Positions 1-9,667 of a DNA stretch of 64,000 bases are shown here, piece after piece (the first letter of the stretch is position 1; every line of letters starts with the position of its first letter). The stretch comes from an uncultured Chlamydiae bacterium. Lineage in GTDB: Bacteria > Chlamydiota > Chlamydiia > Chlamydiales > SM23-39. Location: NCBI GenBank assembly GCA_963828125.1, contig CAWHDP010000001.1, forward strand, positions 256,001 through 320,000, read 5' to 3'. A model generated the notes under the pieces. The model was given only the letters and a program-made list of their open reading frames with translations. It ran no database searches and was not told the origin of the DNA. A program made the position numbers and the translations under genes.

Positions 1-63
1 GAAAAGCCGAAGCAGAGAAAAAAACACGCCGGGTACGACCCGATTTATTATTAGGAGAACATT

Positions 64-453
64 GTGAGCCGCTCACCATTCATACAAGAAGTTGAAGAAA
101 CCTACCTTAAAAAAGATGTCCCGGTGTTTAACATTGGCGACACCGTTCGCGTCAATACGCGGATTGTCGAAGGGGAAAAAGAACGTCTCCAGGCCTTTTC
201 TGGCACAGTGGTTGCCAAGAAGGGGATGGGACTTTCTGAGACCTTTACTATTTATCGAAACGCGTACGGCTCTTGCATGGATCGGGTCTTCTTGCTCCAT
301 AGTCCGCGGATCGCATCGATTGAAGTCGTTCGTCCTGGAAAAGTGCGGAGAGCTAAACTCTACTATCTTCGCGGACGTTCCGGCAAAGCCGCTAAGGTGC
401 GCGAGTTATATGTTGCTGGCGACGAACACGCTCCTGCCGCGCCGCAAGTGTAA
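64..453 (+). CDS. rplS: 50S ribosomal protein L19
   Basis: Typical L19 motifs (GDTVRV...EGEKERLQAFSG, GKVRRAKLYYLR); AGGAG RBS upstream of the GTG start. Confidence 0.97.
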   Translation: MSRSPFIQEVEETYLKKDVPVFNIGDTVRVNTRIVEGEKERLQAFSGTVVAKKGMGLSETFTIYRNAYGSCMDRVFLLHSPRIASIEVVRPGKVRRAKLYYLRGRSGKAAKVRELYVAGDEHAPAAPQV

Positions 454-492
454 GTATTTCCAAAAAAAGCTCCGATCCGTTAACTTTTCTGC

Positions 493-1146
493 ATGCAGAA
501 ATTATCCGGGTCGGAGCTTTTTCGTTTAGAATCTATGTCGCTTTACGAAAAACGTTTGAAAGGAGAAGGGTTTTCTCGCATTGCTGGGATTGACGAAGCG
601 GGCAGAGGCCCTCTCGCGGGTCCCGTAGTTGCGGCTGCTTGCATTCTTCCTGAAGGGGCGTTGTTTAACGGTCTCAACGACAGCAAGCAACTGACTCCAG
701 AGCAAAGAGAAATCCTTTTTATCGAGATGACCCGGTATCACGGCATGATCTACGGCGTCGGAGTCATCGATCATGAACAGATCGACCGGGTGAATATTCT
801 CCAGGCCACTTTTCTTGCGATGAGAAAAGCGGTAGATGAGATGGCTGTTCTCCCCGACTACCTGCTGATCGACGGGAATCAGATTCCCCATTTTGACATT
901 CCGGCTGAATCGATTGTGGCAGGAGATACTCTTTCGGTATCGATTGCAGCCGCCTCCATTCTCGCTAAAGTAACGCGCGACCGGATTATGGGAGAGTTAG
1001 ACAAAAAGTACCCGCAATATGGATTTAAGCAGCACAAAGGGTATGCGACCGAGCAGCATCTAGAGGCGATCCGATCTTTGGGGCCTTGCCCAATTCACCG
1101 GAAATCCTTCGATCCGGTGAAATCTATGCATGGAACCTATGAATAA
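493..1146 (+). CDS. rnhB: Ribonuclease HII
   Basis: [41 protein letters not shown] and HRKSF motifs. Confidence 0.97.
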   Translation: MQKLSGSELFRLESMSLYEKRLKGEGFSRIAGIDEAGRGPLAGPVVAAACILPEGALFNGLNDSKQLTPEQREILFIEMTRYHGMIYGVGVIDHEQIDRVNILQATFLAMRKAVDEMAVLPDYLLIDGNQIPHFDIPAESIVAGDTLSVSIAAASILAKVTRDRIMGELDKKYPQYGFKQHKGYATEQHLEAIRSLGPCPIHRKSFDPVKSMHGTYE

Positions 1147-1206
1147 TGTCCAGTTTAGACTTATCAAAAAACCGGATTTCGCTTAAAATCAGGCGGGAGG
1201 TTCTCT

Positions 1207-2079
1207 ATGCTAAGCAGTATGACCGGTTTTGGAAGAGCGATTATCGATGCTCCATTTGGGTGGCTCACAGTCGAAATCCAGTCGGTCAATCGGAAATATT
1301 TGGAAGTGTTCGTCTCTTTGCCGAAGGAATTTAGCCGATTTGAGCACGAAGTGCGCAAATGGGTAGGGGCGGCGGTGTCGCGCGGCGGAGTTTCGGTACG
1401 CGTTTTTGTGATTCCCAGTGCAGCTGCCGTTGAAGGACTCCTCCCCGATGTAGAGGTTTTAAAGGGGCTGAAGAGGGGATGGGAAAAGATCGCGCGGGAA
1501 TTGGGCGCGGATTCAAAACAGATCGATCTCCCTTTTATCATGCAGTATCTCCCTATTCAGCCCAAACTCGATTTTGCCTCGGACGAGGATTTAACCGCTT
1601 TGCACAAATGTGTGAGCGAGGCTCTCAAAGCGTTCATTGAGATGAAGCAGACGGAGGGGAAAGCCCTTGCCAAAGATCTATCCAACCGGCTGCAAGAACT
1701 GGAGAGGATGCTGGCTTCAATAGAGGCAATCGCTCCAGACGCTACGGCTAGAATGCGTCAAAAGCTCTCCGAAAAAATGGGAGAGATTCTCAGTTTAGGA
1801 CCAGAGCTCGAAGAGCGTCTTTTACGCGAGGTGGCCCTCTTCGCAGAGCGGGTGGATACAGCGGAAGAGATCACCCGTTTTCGGAGCCACGTAGTCCAGT
1901 TCAAGACGATCCTCAAGGAGGGGCTTGTCGGAAGGAAAATGGATTTCTTGATTCAGGAGATGGGGCGTGAGGTGAACACGATCGGCTCTAAATCGATCGA
2001 TGCGAAGATCTCCCATCTCGTCGTTGAGATGAAGAGCGAGCTCGAGAAAATTAGGGAACAAGTGCAGAATATCGAATGA
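1207..2079 (+). CDS. yicC: YicC/YloC family endoribonuclease
   Basis: N-terminal SMTGFGR, SVNRKYLE and C-terminal GRKMDFLIQEMGREVNTIGSK...EKIREQVQNIE; lies upstream of gmk. Confidence 0.93.
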   Translation: MLSSMTGFGRAIIDAPFGWLTVEIQSVNRKYLEVFVSLPKEFSRFEHEVRKWVGAAVSRGGVSVRVFVIPSAAAVEGLLPDVEVLKGLKRGWEKIARELGADSKQIDLPFIMQYLPIQPKLDFASDEDLTALHKCVSEALKAFIEMKQTEGKALAKDLSNRLQELERMLASIEAIAPDATARMRQKLSEKMGEILSLGPELEERLLREVALFAERVDTAEEITRFRSHVVQFKTILKEGLVGRKMDFLIQEMGREVNTIGSKSIDAKISHLVVEMKSELEKIREQVQNIE

Positions 2080-2642
2080 AAAAGGGGCTTGTTTTTGTCG
2101 TCAGCGCTCCAGCAGGAACTGGAAAGACCACTCTTGTCCGGATGCTCATGGAAGAGTTCCATCATGTGGTCGATAGCATTTCCTACACCACCCGCCTCCC
2201 GCGCGCCAATGAAGTGCCTGGACGGGACTATAACTTCATCACTGTCGATGAATTTAAAGCAAAAATCGCCGAGGGAGAATTTCTTGAATACGCCGAGGTT
2301 TTCCACCAATTTTACGGCACATCGAAAAAGTTTGTCGATGGGCAGCAAGAAAAGGGGAAACATGTGATCTTGGTGATCGATACGCAAGGAGCTCTCCAAC
2401 TGAAAGGGGAACTCGATGCGGTCTTTATCTTCATCAGCCCACCCAGTTTGGATGAGCTTCGAGCCCGTCTTTGTCGCCGCAAATCGGAGACAGAAGAGGC
2501 GATTGAGACCCGCCTTTCATGGGCTGAAGAAGAGATGGCCCTTGCGGGTCAATACGACTATCACATCGTAAATGATCATTTGAAGACGGCCTATGACGCC
2601 CTCCGCTCGATTTTGATTGCCGAAGAGCATCGAAACCGTTAA
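2076..2642 (+). CDS. gmk: Guanylate kinase
   Basis: SAPAGTGKTT P-loop, SYTTR.PR..E..G.DY.F, FLEYAEV...YGT. Confidence 0.97.
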   Translation: MKKGLVFVVSAPAGTGKTTLVRMLMEEFHHVVDSISYTTRLPRANEVPGRDYNFITVDEFKAKIAEGEFLEYAEVFHQFYGTSKKFVDGQQEKGKHVILVIDTQGALQLKGELDAVFIFISPPSLDELRARLCRRKSETEEAIETRLSWAEEEMALAGQYDYHIVNDHLKTAYDALRSILIAEEHRNR

Positions 2643-2688
2643 ACTGGGCGCTTGCCAGTTAAACTGCTTGCCAAAAGGAAAACGTCTT

Positions 2689-2859
2689 ATGTCTGACTCC
2701 CTGACCACAGAAAGAATTCGGAAGAAATTCAAGAACAATTTTGATCTTTGCAACTTTGCGATCAATATCGCGCGAAACATCATCATGAGTGGAACGCAAG
2801 CCACTCTGACGGAGTTACTTACGATTATTGAAGAGAGAGCTTCGGAATCTCGTGGCTGA
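2689..2859 (+). CDS. rpoZ: Small RNA polymerase omega-subunit-like protein (chlamydial CT031-type)
   Basis: 56-aa ORF MSDSLTTERIRKKFKNNFDLCNFAI between gmk and metG, the conserved chlamydial position; AAGGA RBS. Confidence 0.7.
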   Translation: MSDSLTTERIRKKFKNNFDLCNFAINIARNIIMSGTQATLTELLTIIEERASESRG

Positions 2860-4882
2860 GAAAATACTGATTACCTCGGCCCTCCCTTATGCGAATGGGC
2901 CGCTCCATTTTGGCCATATTGCGGGGGCCTATCTTCCGGGCGACTGTTATGCCCGTTTTCAGCGTTTGATGGGGAATGACGTCCTTTACATTTGCGGGTC
3001 GGACGAGCATGGAGTGGCGATCACGCTGAGCGCCGATCTGGCTAAACGGACTCCGAAGGAGCACGTGGATCTTTTTCATGAGATCAACCGGGCATTTTTT
3101 CATCAACTCGAGTTTTCTTTTGACCATTACAGTCGAACCACGTGGCCGGGACATATTCCGACGACCCAAGCATTTTATTATGCATTAGACAAGAGGGGAG
3201 TGATTGAAGAGAAGGTGGAAAATCATCTTTATTCGGAGTCAGAGAAGCGGTTTTTAGCAGACCGTTATGTCGTAGGGACCTGCCCCAAATGCGGTTACGA
3301 AGAGGCCCGTGGCGACGAATGCCAGCAATGCGCAGCCTCTTATGAGGCGACCGATCTCAAAAACCCCCGTTCCAAGCTCACTGGCTCGCCCCTGATTTTG
3401 AAACCGAGCAACCACCTCTATCTCCGTTTTGACAAATTCAAAGAACAGCTTGCCGCTTGGATTAAGGAGAAGAAATGGAAGGATAACGTAGTCCATTTTG
3501 CTATGCAGTACATCCATGATCTCAAGCCGCGTGCGATCACCCGCGACTCTGATTGGGGAGTGCCTGTGCCCGGCTATCCTGGGAAAGTTTTTTATGTTTG
3601 GTTTGACGCTCCGATTGGTTATATTTCGGCAACGCAGGAGTGGGCCCAAAAGATAGGGCGTCCAAACCGTTGGGAAGAGTATTGGTTCGATCCGAATTGT
3701 AAATTGGTCCATTTTATTGGCAAGGACAACATTCCATTCCACGCCGTCTTTTTTCCTGCGATGCTGATGGGACAAGAGAGGCCCTACATTTTGCCCGACC
3801 AAATTCCGGCCAATGAGTTTTATCTTCTAGAAGGGCGCCAGTTTTCCAAATCGGAAGGGTGGACGATCGATCTGCAAGAATTTTTCACCCATTACACACC
3901 TGATCAAGCTCGCTATGCTATTGCCGCTAACGCTCCGGAGAGTTCCGATTCCGAATTTTCTTGGAAGGATTTCCAAATGCGCTGCAATGCCGAACTGCTT
4001 GGAAAATTTGGCAATTTCGTTAACCGGGTCCTTGTTTTTGCGAGACAGCATTGTCAGGGAAGAGTTCCTTTGCTGGGGGCGCATGATGGAGTTTTTCTTC
4101 GACAAATGGATAGATTGGTTGAGATGACGGCTGAGAGTTTTCAAACATTTCATCTGCGGCATGCGTGCCAGCTCCTCATGGAGCTATCCCAAGCAGGCAA
4201 TACCTTTTTTGACGCCAAAAAACCGTGGATTCTCGCTAAAGATCCCGCTGCTAGAAATGAATTAGATACAGTCATTGCGCTCAGCATCGAGTGCATCAAG
4301 AATTTAGCCCTTGTTGCATCGCCCATCATCCCCGCATCGGCCCAGAAAATTTGGCAGATGCTTGGATATTCTGGTGAGCTATCGAAAGGACATTGGCCAT
4401 CGATCCACAAAACGCCCGTTCCAACCGGGCAAACGTTCAACGAGCTCGAGATCTTATTCCGGAAAGTCGAAGACGAGGAGATTGAGACGCAGATTCAGAA
4501 ATTAGGTGAAAAAGTAAAAGAGGCCCGCATGACGACCGTTACGACCTATCAACCCCTCAAACCGTCCGTCGCATTTGACGATTTTGTCAAACTCGATTTT
4601 CGCGTTGCCCAAGTGCTTGAGGCTGAGAAGGTTCCAAAGTCGAAAAAACTTTTAAAACTCCGAGTCGATCTCGGTTTTGAGAAGAGGACGATTGTCTCTG
4701 GGATTGCCCTTACGTATGAACCGGAGGCACTGATCGGCCGCAAAGTGGTGATTGTCGCCAACCTTGCACCCGCTACCATTATGGGGATTGAGAGCCAGGG
4801 GATGGTGCTTGCGGCGAGTCTTGAAGCAACGCTCGAGCTGCCGCAGATTCAGCATCTGGCTCCGGGCGCCGTCGTTACGTAA
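2852..4882 (+). CDS. metG: Methionine--tRNA ligase with C-terminal tRNA-binding domain
   Basis: ITSALPYANGPLHFGH (HIGH), zinc knuckle, YVWFDAPIGY, FSKS; GTG start at 2852 inferred. Confidence 0.97.
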   Translation: MAEKILITSALPYANGPLHFGHIAGAYLPGDCYARFQRLMGNDVLYICGSDEHGVAITLSADLAKRTPKEHVDLFHEINRAFFHQLEFSFDHYSRTTWPGHIPTTQAFYYALDKRGVIEEKVENHLYSESEKRFLADRYVVGTCPKCGYEEARGDECQQCAASYEATDLKNPRSKLTGSPLILKPSNHLYLRFDKFKEQLAAWIKEKKWKDNVVHFAMQYIHDLKPRAITRDSDWGVPVPGYPGKVFYVWFDAPIGYISATQEWAQKIGRPNRWEEYWFDPNCKLVHFIGKDNIPFHAVFFPAMLMGQERPYILPDQIPANEFYLLEGRQFSKSEGWTIDLQEFFTHYTPDQARYAIAANAPESSDSEFSWKDFQMRCNAELLGKFGNFVNRVLVFARQHCQGRVPLLGAHDGVFLRQMDRLVEMTAESFQTFHLRHACQLLMELSQAGNTFFDAKKPWILAKDPAARNELDTVIALSIECIKNLALVASPIIPASAQKIWQMLGYSGELSKGHWPSIHKTPVPTGQTFNELEILFRKVEDEEIETQIQKLGEKVKEARMTTVTTYQPLKPSVAFDDFVKLDFRVAQVLEAEKVPKSKKLLKLRVDLGFEKRTIVSGIALTYEPEALIGRKVVIVANLAPATIMGIESQGMVLAASLEATLELPQIQHLAPGAVVT

Positions 4883-4884
4883 TA

Positions 4885-7059
4885 TTATGCAAACTCTAAT
4901 TGATGGTGGGTATCTGACTGGAAAGTTTTGGCCATCTCTGTGATGGCTTTTTCGAGTCCGGTGTGCCGTTTTTGCACTTGGTTGTTATGAATAGAGATTG
5001 CGATGGCCTTTGTGGTGCCGACGAGGTAGACCAGCCGTTTGCCGCGAGTGACTGCGGTATAGAGCAGATTTCGGTGAAGCAATTTGAAGTGAGAAGTATG
5101 GATAGGGATGACCACGCAAGGGCACTCGCTCCCCTGATATTTATGCACAGAAGTGGCATAAGCGAGAACCAGTTCATCGAGATCGGCCAAGTCGTACTCG
5201 ATCTCTCTGTCATCGAATCGGACCAGGACGATATTTTCTTTTAGATCGACGATTCTTCCGATATCGCCATTATAGATATTTTTATCGTAATTGTTTTTAA
5301 TTTGCATGACTTTATCGTGCAAGTGGAAACGTTTTCCGGCCCGAAAGATTGGTTTATTGCTTGGATTTAAAAGATTTTGGAGTGCGTCGTTGAGCATTTC
5401 GACCCCGATGCCCCCCTTTTTCATTGGGGAGAGGACCTGGATATCATCGATGGGGTTGTAGTTCCATAATTTTGGAATTTCCTCGGAGACGAGTCTTAAA
5501 ATGATTTCGGAGATTGCTTCTGGGGTATCGGCTGCGATGAAGTGGAAATCGCTCCTTTCGTTTGTGCTGAGTTCTGGGAATTCTCCGTGGTTGATTCTAT
5601 GCGCGTTGGTGATGATTTTGGAGCCCTTGGCCTGTCGGAAAATTTCGGTTAAGCAAGTGACTCCGATTTTGTTGGATCCGATCAAATCGCGGAGGACCGT
5701 TCCGGCCCCGACGCTTGGCAATTGATCGATATCGCCCACCAAAAGGAGACGAGCCTTTGTGGGGACGGCCCGCAGAAGGTAGAATAGGAGCTGCGTATCG
5801 ATCATGCTTGCCTCATCGATGATCAAGAGATCGCAATCGAGCGGATTCTCTCTGCTCCGTTTAAAGCTTTTTGAGGCGAAGTCCATTTCCAATAAAGCAT
5901 GGATAGTGAAGGCGAGCTTATGGGTGATTTGCGTCATCCGTTTAGCGGCCCTTCCTGTGGGTGCAGCGAGGATGATTTTATTAGTGAGTTTGTATGAGAT
6001 GGCTAAAATCGCATTGGTGATAGTGCTTTTTCCGGTACCGGGTCCTCCCGTGATGATGTGGACCTTATCGGTGAGCGCCTGCATGACGGCCGTTTTTTGT
6101 TGTTCGGCGAATTGGATGGAGAGTTTTTCCTGGACCCAGCCGACCGCTTTTTCGGTATGGATGGAACGGACCGCCTGCTTGCCTCCGATCAAGCGCAACA
6201 GATCGCGAGCGATACTCTGTTCGTAGGCGAAGTAGAGTTTAAGCCAGATCATTCCATTTTGTTTGACGATTTGTTTTTCGACTAAGTGATCGATTGTTTT
6301 TTCGATTAATTGGTTGTCTACTCCGAGGATGGCTGCGGCGATGGGGGTGAATTCGGCCACGGGGAAGCAAGTATTTCCATCGTTAGCTAGTTCCCATAAG
6401 ACGAATTCGACGCCGGCTGCCAGTCTTTCTGGCGAATGGAGGGCGAAGTCCAATTTCAGGGCGATCATATCGGCTATTTTGAAGCCGATTCCGAAGATTT
6501 CTTTGGCTAGTTGGTAGGGATTTTCTTTGACTTTAGCGATACTTTGATCGCCGTATTGTTTATAAATTTTTTGGGCGTAGCCGGGGCTGGCTCCGTGGGA
6601 GCGCAAGAAGACCATGACCTCCCTAATCGAGCGTTGTTCATTCCAGCACTCTTTGAGCTGGCGAATTTTTTTTTTGCCAAGCCCCTCGATTTCATAGAGT
6701 CGGTTTGGGTTTTTATCGATAATTTCGAGCGTATCGGCGCCGAAGCGGTCGACGATTTTTTTGGCGAATACCGGGCCGATCCCTTTAACGAGGCCCGATT
6801 CAAGATATTTTTGGATGCCGAGGATGTCTGAGGGGGCTTCGACGGTATATTCAGCGACCTCGAATTGTCGTCCGTGGGAGGGGTGGTTTTTCCAAGCTCC
6901 TTTGCAGACGATATTTTCACCTGGTTGGAGGCCTGGGAGCTTGCCGACGATGACGGTGAGGTCTTTTTTTCTGGGTTCTTTTAATCGAGCGACGGTGAAG
7001 CCATTTTCTGGCTGTGTGTAGACGATGGCGTCGACGTAACCGCTGAGCTGTTCATCCAT
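4885..7059 (-). CDS. recD2: ATP-dependent RecD2-like DNA helicase
   Basis: N-terminal HhH region, TGGPGTGKS, APTGRAAKR, DEASM, GDIDQLPSVGAG, HKYQGSE motifs. Confidence 0.95.
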   Translation of the reverse strand: MDEQLSGYVDAIVYTQPENGFTVARLKEPRKKDLTVIVGKLPGLQPGENIVCKGAWKNHPSHGRQFEVAEYTVEAPSDILGIQKYLESGLVKGIGPVFAKKIVDRFGADTLEIIDKNPNRLYEIEGLGKKKIRQLKECWNEQRSIREVMVFLRSHGASPGYAQKIYKQYGDQSIAKVKENPYQLAKEIFGIGFKIADMIALKLDFALHSPERLAAGVEFVLWELANDGNTCFPVAEFTPIAAAILGVDNQLIEKTIDHLVEKQIVKQNGMIWLKLYFAYEQSIARDLLRLIGGKQAVRSIHTEKAVGWVQEKLSIQFAEQQKTAVMQALTDKVHIITGGPGTGKSTITNAILAISYKLTNKIILAAPTGRAAKRMTQITHKLAFTIHALLEMDFASKSFKRSRENPLDCDLLIIDEASMIDTQLLFYLLRAVPTKARLLLVGDIDQLPSVGAGTVLRDLIGSNKIGVTCLTEIFRQAKGSKIITNAHRINHGEFPELSTNERSDFHFIAADTPEAISEIILRLVSEEIPKLWNYNPIDDIQVLSPMKKGGIGVEMLNDALQNLLNPSNKPIFRAGKRFHLHDKVMQIKNNYDKNIYNGDIGRIVDLKENIVLVRFDDREIEYDLADLDELVLAYATSVHKYQGSECPCVVIPIHTSHFKLLHRNLLYTAVTRGKRLVYLVGTTKAIAISIHNNQVQKRHTGLEKAITEMAKTFQSDTHHQLEFA

Positions 7060-7105
7060 AGGAAAAAATTTTAGCATCTTGGATGAAGGTTCACAAGGAA
7101 ATTTC

Positions 7106-7135
7106 TTGCAAATTATTGGTTCTCAAATTTATGAT
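7106..7135 (+). promoter_or_regulatory. Putative sigma66/sigma70 promoter of tRNA-Asn
   Basis: TTGCAA-N18-TATGAT ending 17 nt before the tRNA. Confidence 0.55.
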
Positions 7136-7152
7136 CATCTTTGTCAAACTGA

Positions 7153-7224
7153 TCCGGGTTAGCTCAGTGGTAGAGCAGTGGACTGTTAATCCATTGGTCG
7201 TATGTTCGAATCATACACCCGGAG
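7153..7224 (+). tRNA. tRNA-Asn(GTT), no encoded CCA; integration target
   Basis: Cloverleaf: acceptor TCCGGGT/ACCCGGA, D arm GCTC-AGTGGTA-GAGC, anticodon arm GTGGA-CTGTTAA-TCCAT, T arm GTATG-TTCGAAT-CATAC. Confidence 0.97.
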
Positions 7225-7271
7225 TTTCTCTATAGAAATTGGGGTCTAAAATCGGTTCAAAAAACCGCCCC

Positions 7272-7368
7272 CAAACAGTCAAATGCCGTAATCTTGCCGG
7301 AGTACGGAATTTCCTTAAATCACCCAAGCAGGGTGTTGGTTCCGTTAAATCTACGGAAATCATTAGAA
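7272..7368 (+). repeat. Left arm of module 1 (putative integrase arm-type sites), repeated at 62912-63008
   Basis: CAAACAGTCAAATGCCGTAATCTTGCCGGAGTACGGAA... is near-identical at 62912; TGCCG(T/G)A at an 11-bp period. Confidence 0.75.
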
Positions 7369-7436
7369 CATCCTTTTTTACTAGCCAATTTCAAGCGCAT
7401 GGATTGTTACGCCAATTCGCTTGTGAAGGAGTTAAA

Positions 7437-8501
7437 ATGGGTTCGATTCGTCAAAGACCACTGAAAAACGGTGGCGTTCGTTATCAAGCTGAAGTTCGTC
7501 TTAAAGGTCATCCTACTCTTGTTGCCATGTTCGATAGAAAAACCGACGCGAAAAGCTGGGTTCAAAAAGTTGAGACAGATATTCGCAACGGTCGCCATCA
7601 TCTCTATTCTGAAGCCATGCGTCATACTTTCGCAGAAGCTGTGGAACGCTACTGTAAAGAACAGCCCGTAACGATTGCGAAGAAAGGGCATCTTGATTGG
7701 TGGGTCAAGGAAATGGGGGCTATCTACTTACAGGATATACGACCAGCGGTGATTTCCGAAAAAAAACAAAAACTCCTCACTGAGCCGAATCATAAAGGCA
7801 CTATCCGGACCAAGAGCACATGCAATCGTTACTTAGCCACCCTCAGCCATCTGGTGAATATCTGTGTAAAACAGTGGGAGTGGGCGACTGAGAATCCGGT
7901 GAGGAAGATCTCTCGTGAAAAAGAGCCGAGAGAAAGAACCCGCTTTCTCAATCCTCAAGAGCGAAGTCGATTCCTTGAGGCATGCCGTGAAAGTGATAAT
8001 CCCGATCTCTTCGCGTTTGTTGTGCTTCTCCTAAGTACGGGATGCCGATATAACGAGGCGCGATGTCTGAAATGGACTGATGTCGATCTTGCACAAGGAA
8101 AAATCACGATCACAAAATCAAAGAACTCTGATATGCGGTCTCTTCCAATTCGAGGACTGGTTTTGGATTTATTCAGAGATTTGTCAGCAAGGCGTCTATC
8201 GCTTAGTTATGTTTTTCCTGGTCAAGATAAGTCAAAACCTCTGGAATTTCGGAGAGCTCTTAAAACTGCTATTAAACGAGCTGGATTGCAGGGATTCCGC
8301 CCGCACGACTGTCGTCATTCTTATGCGACCGAAATGCTGGCCCAGGGGCTTTCCTTGGGAGAGATTGGCCATCTGTTAGGCCACCGCAGCGTTTCAATGA
8401 CAAGGCGCTATGCCCACCTTGTTGAATCTCGATCTGTAGATGCTGTTGCAAAAATGTCAGAACAAATTTTTCAAGGAGTTGAAAATGGACGAGCAATCTA
8501 A
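7437..8501 (+). CDS. Tyrosine recombinase / phage-type integrase (intact)
   Basis: R (TGCRYNE), K (KSKN), HDCRH, LGH and RRYAH catalytic motifs; N-terminal arm-binding-like domain; AAGGAG RBS before ATG 7437. Confidence 0.95.
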   Translation: MGSIRQRPLKNGGVRYQAEVRLKGHPTLVAMFDRKTDAKSWVQKVETDIRNGRHHLYSEAMRHTFAEAVERYCKEQPVTIAKKGHLDWWVKEMGAIYLQDIRPAVISEKKQKLLTEPNHKGTIRTKSTCNRYLATLSHLVNICVKQWEWATENPVRKISREKEPRERTRFLNPQERSRFLEACRESDNPDLFAFVVLLLSTGCRYNEARCLKWTDVDLAQGKITITKSKNSDMRSLPIRGLVLDLFRDLSARRLSLSYVFPGQDKSKPLEFRRALKTAIKRAGLQGFRPHDCRHSYATEMLAQGLSLGEIGHLLGHRSVSMTRRYAHLVESRSVDAVAKMSEQIFQGVENGRAI

Positions 8502-9342
8502 GCCCCCTCATAATTTGGTCTCACTGACTTCTGAGGCGTTTTGGGAAAAACTTGATCAAATACACGATGACATAAGAGAACGTTTTTTTGGATACACATA
8601 TAAAATATTGTCAACGAAAACTCTGAGACGAGATGACAGTAATGAAACGCTTGTAGAGGCTCTTTGTTGTTATGAGGAATGGTACGAAAAAAACAAAGAC
8701 AGTATTTATTTCGAATGTGACAGTGCATGTCATTTTTTAAGATTGGTTCTTGAAAGAAATGCCCCTCTTTTTGGTTATGAAGAAGAAGTCTTCGGTCCAT
8801 TGAACATCAAAAGAGATCGTTCGGGATTGTCGGAGCCGCAGAAAAAGGAGATAGCCTTTCAGGCAGGTGCGCAAGTGCTTTGGTACCTGAAAAAAAGTAA
8901 AATCCCGACAATACAGGAGATGCAAGAATTGTTGCTCAATAAAACCCATCCATTTTTTGAAATTCTAGCAGCAGGAGATCCGAATTTATCTTTTGGCTCA
9001 CGCACTGTTAGTAACTGGATAAGCAAAGTATTTCCAATTCCGCAGGATGCAAGAAGAGGGCGCCCTTCAAAGGTTGCAATTTCTCCGACGGCGTTTGAAT
9101 GCTTGGTCTGTATTCCAGGAATTTTCTCAGAAAGGGGTGCAGTTATTAACTTTTCAATACTTCAATTTGTTTTAACATCTATTTCTCGGTTTTTAGAGAA
9201 GTTGGAATGGACACGAGAACAGATTATTAATTCAGAGATCTTTAAGCTCTATGCGAATCCAGTTCATCCTTTTCTTCGGATTTATAATGCAGTCTGGGTT
9301 CATCAAGTCTTCTTGAAAAATAGCAGTATTTTTACCCCATAA
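8485..9342 (+). CDS. Hypothetical protein overlapping the integrase stop
   Basis: Long ORF with AAGGAG RBS; same position as 21846-24097 in module 2. Confidence 0.7.
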   Translation: MDEQSKPPHNLVSLTSEAFWEKLDQIHDDIRERFFGYTYKILSTKTLRRDDSNETLVEALCCYEEWYEKNKDSIYFECDSACHFLRLVLERNAPLFGYEEEVFGPLNIKRDRSGLSEPQKKEIAFQAGAQVLWYLKKSKIPTIQEMQELLLNKTHPFFEILAAGDPNLSFGSRTVSNWISKVFPIPQDARRGRPSKVAISPTAFECLVCIPGIFSERGAVINFSILQFVLTSISRFLEKLEWTREQIINSEIFKLYANPVHPFLRIYNAVWVHQVFLKNSSIFTP

Positions 9343-9466
9343 TTTAGGTGCCATCAACGACGATTATTTAAAATTCTAGATACGTCAATCTAAAGCTGTT
9401 TGGATTTTAAGGAATACTCCGGCAAGAGATTTCCAGAACAAAAAAACGGTTTTAAGGAGACGTATC

Positions 9467-9661
9467 ATGAATCAATTACCTACGCAATACCTAGATAAGA
9501 ACCAAGCTCTTCAAAAATACCCTTTTCTTACAGCGAACATGCTGAAGAACCTTTTGTTTAAAGACATTGGAGGTTTTAGAGGCAAGGTCGTGAGGAAAGT
9601 CGGCCGTCGTGTTTTTTTGGACGAGGTGGCTTTACTGCGTTTCATAGCTGATAGCAAGTGA
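9467..9661 (+). CDS. Small excisionase/AlpA-like DNA-binding protein
   Basis: 64 aa with a KVGRRVFLD wing-like motif, AAGGAG RBS, directly upstream of the replication gene. Confidence 0.65.
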   Translation: MNQLPTQYLDKNQALQKYPFLTANMLKNLLFKDIGGFRGKVVRKVGRRVFLDEVALLRFIADSK

Positions 9662-9667
9662 GGCACT

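Noticed and set aside
4896..7021. Many short ORFs overlapping recD2 and other long genes
   Set aside because: They are shadow ORFs on alternative frames with no recognisable motifs.
7239..7436. N-terminal extension of integrase 1 in the ORF track
   Set aside because: It overlaps the non-coding arm repeated at 62912; the RBS supports ATG 7437.
7437..8501. Classical integron (IntI with attC sites)
   Set aside because: The integrase looks phage-type with no evident IntI insertion, and I saw no attC palindromes between cargo genes; the integron comparison is an analogy only.
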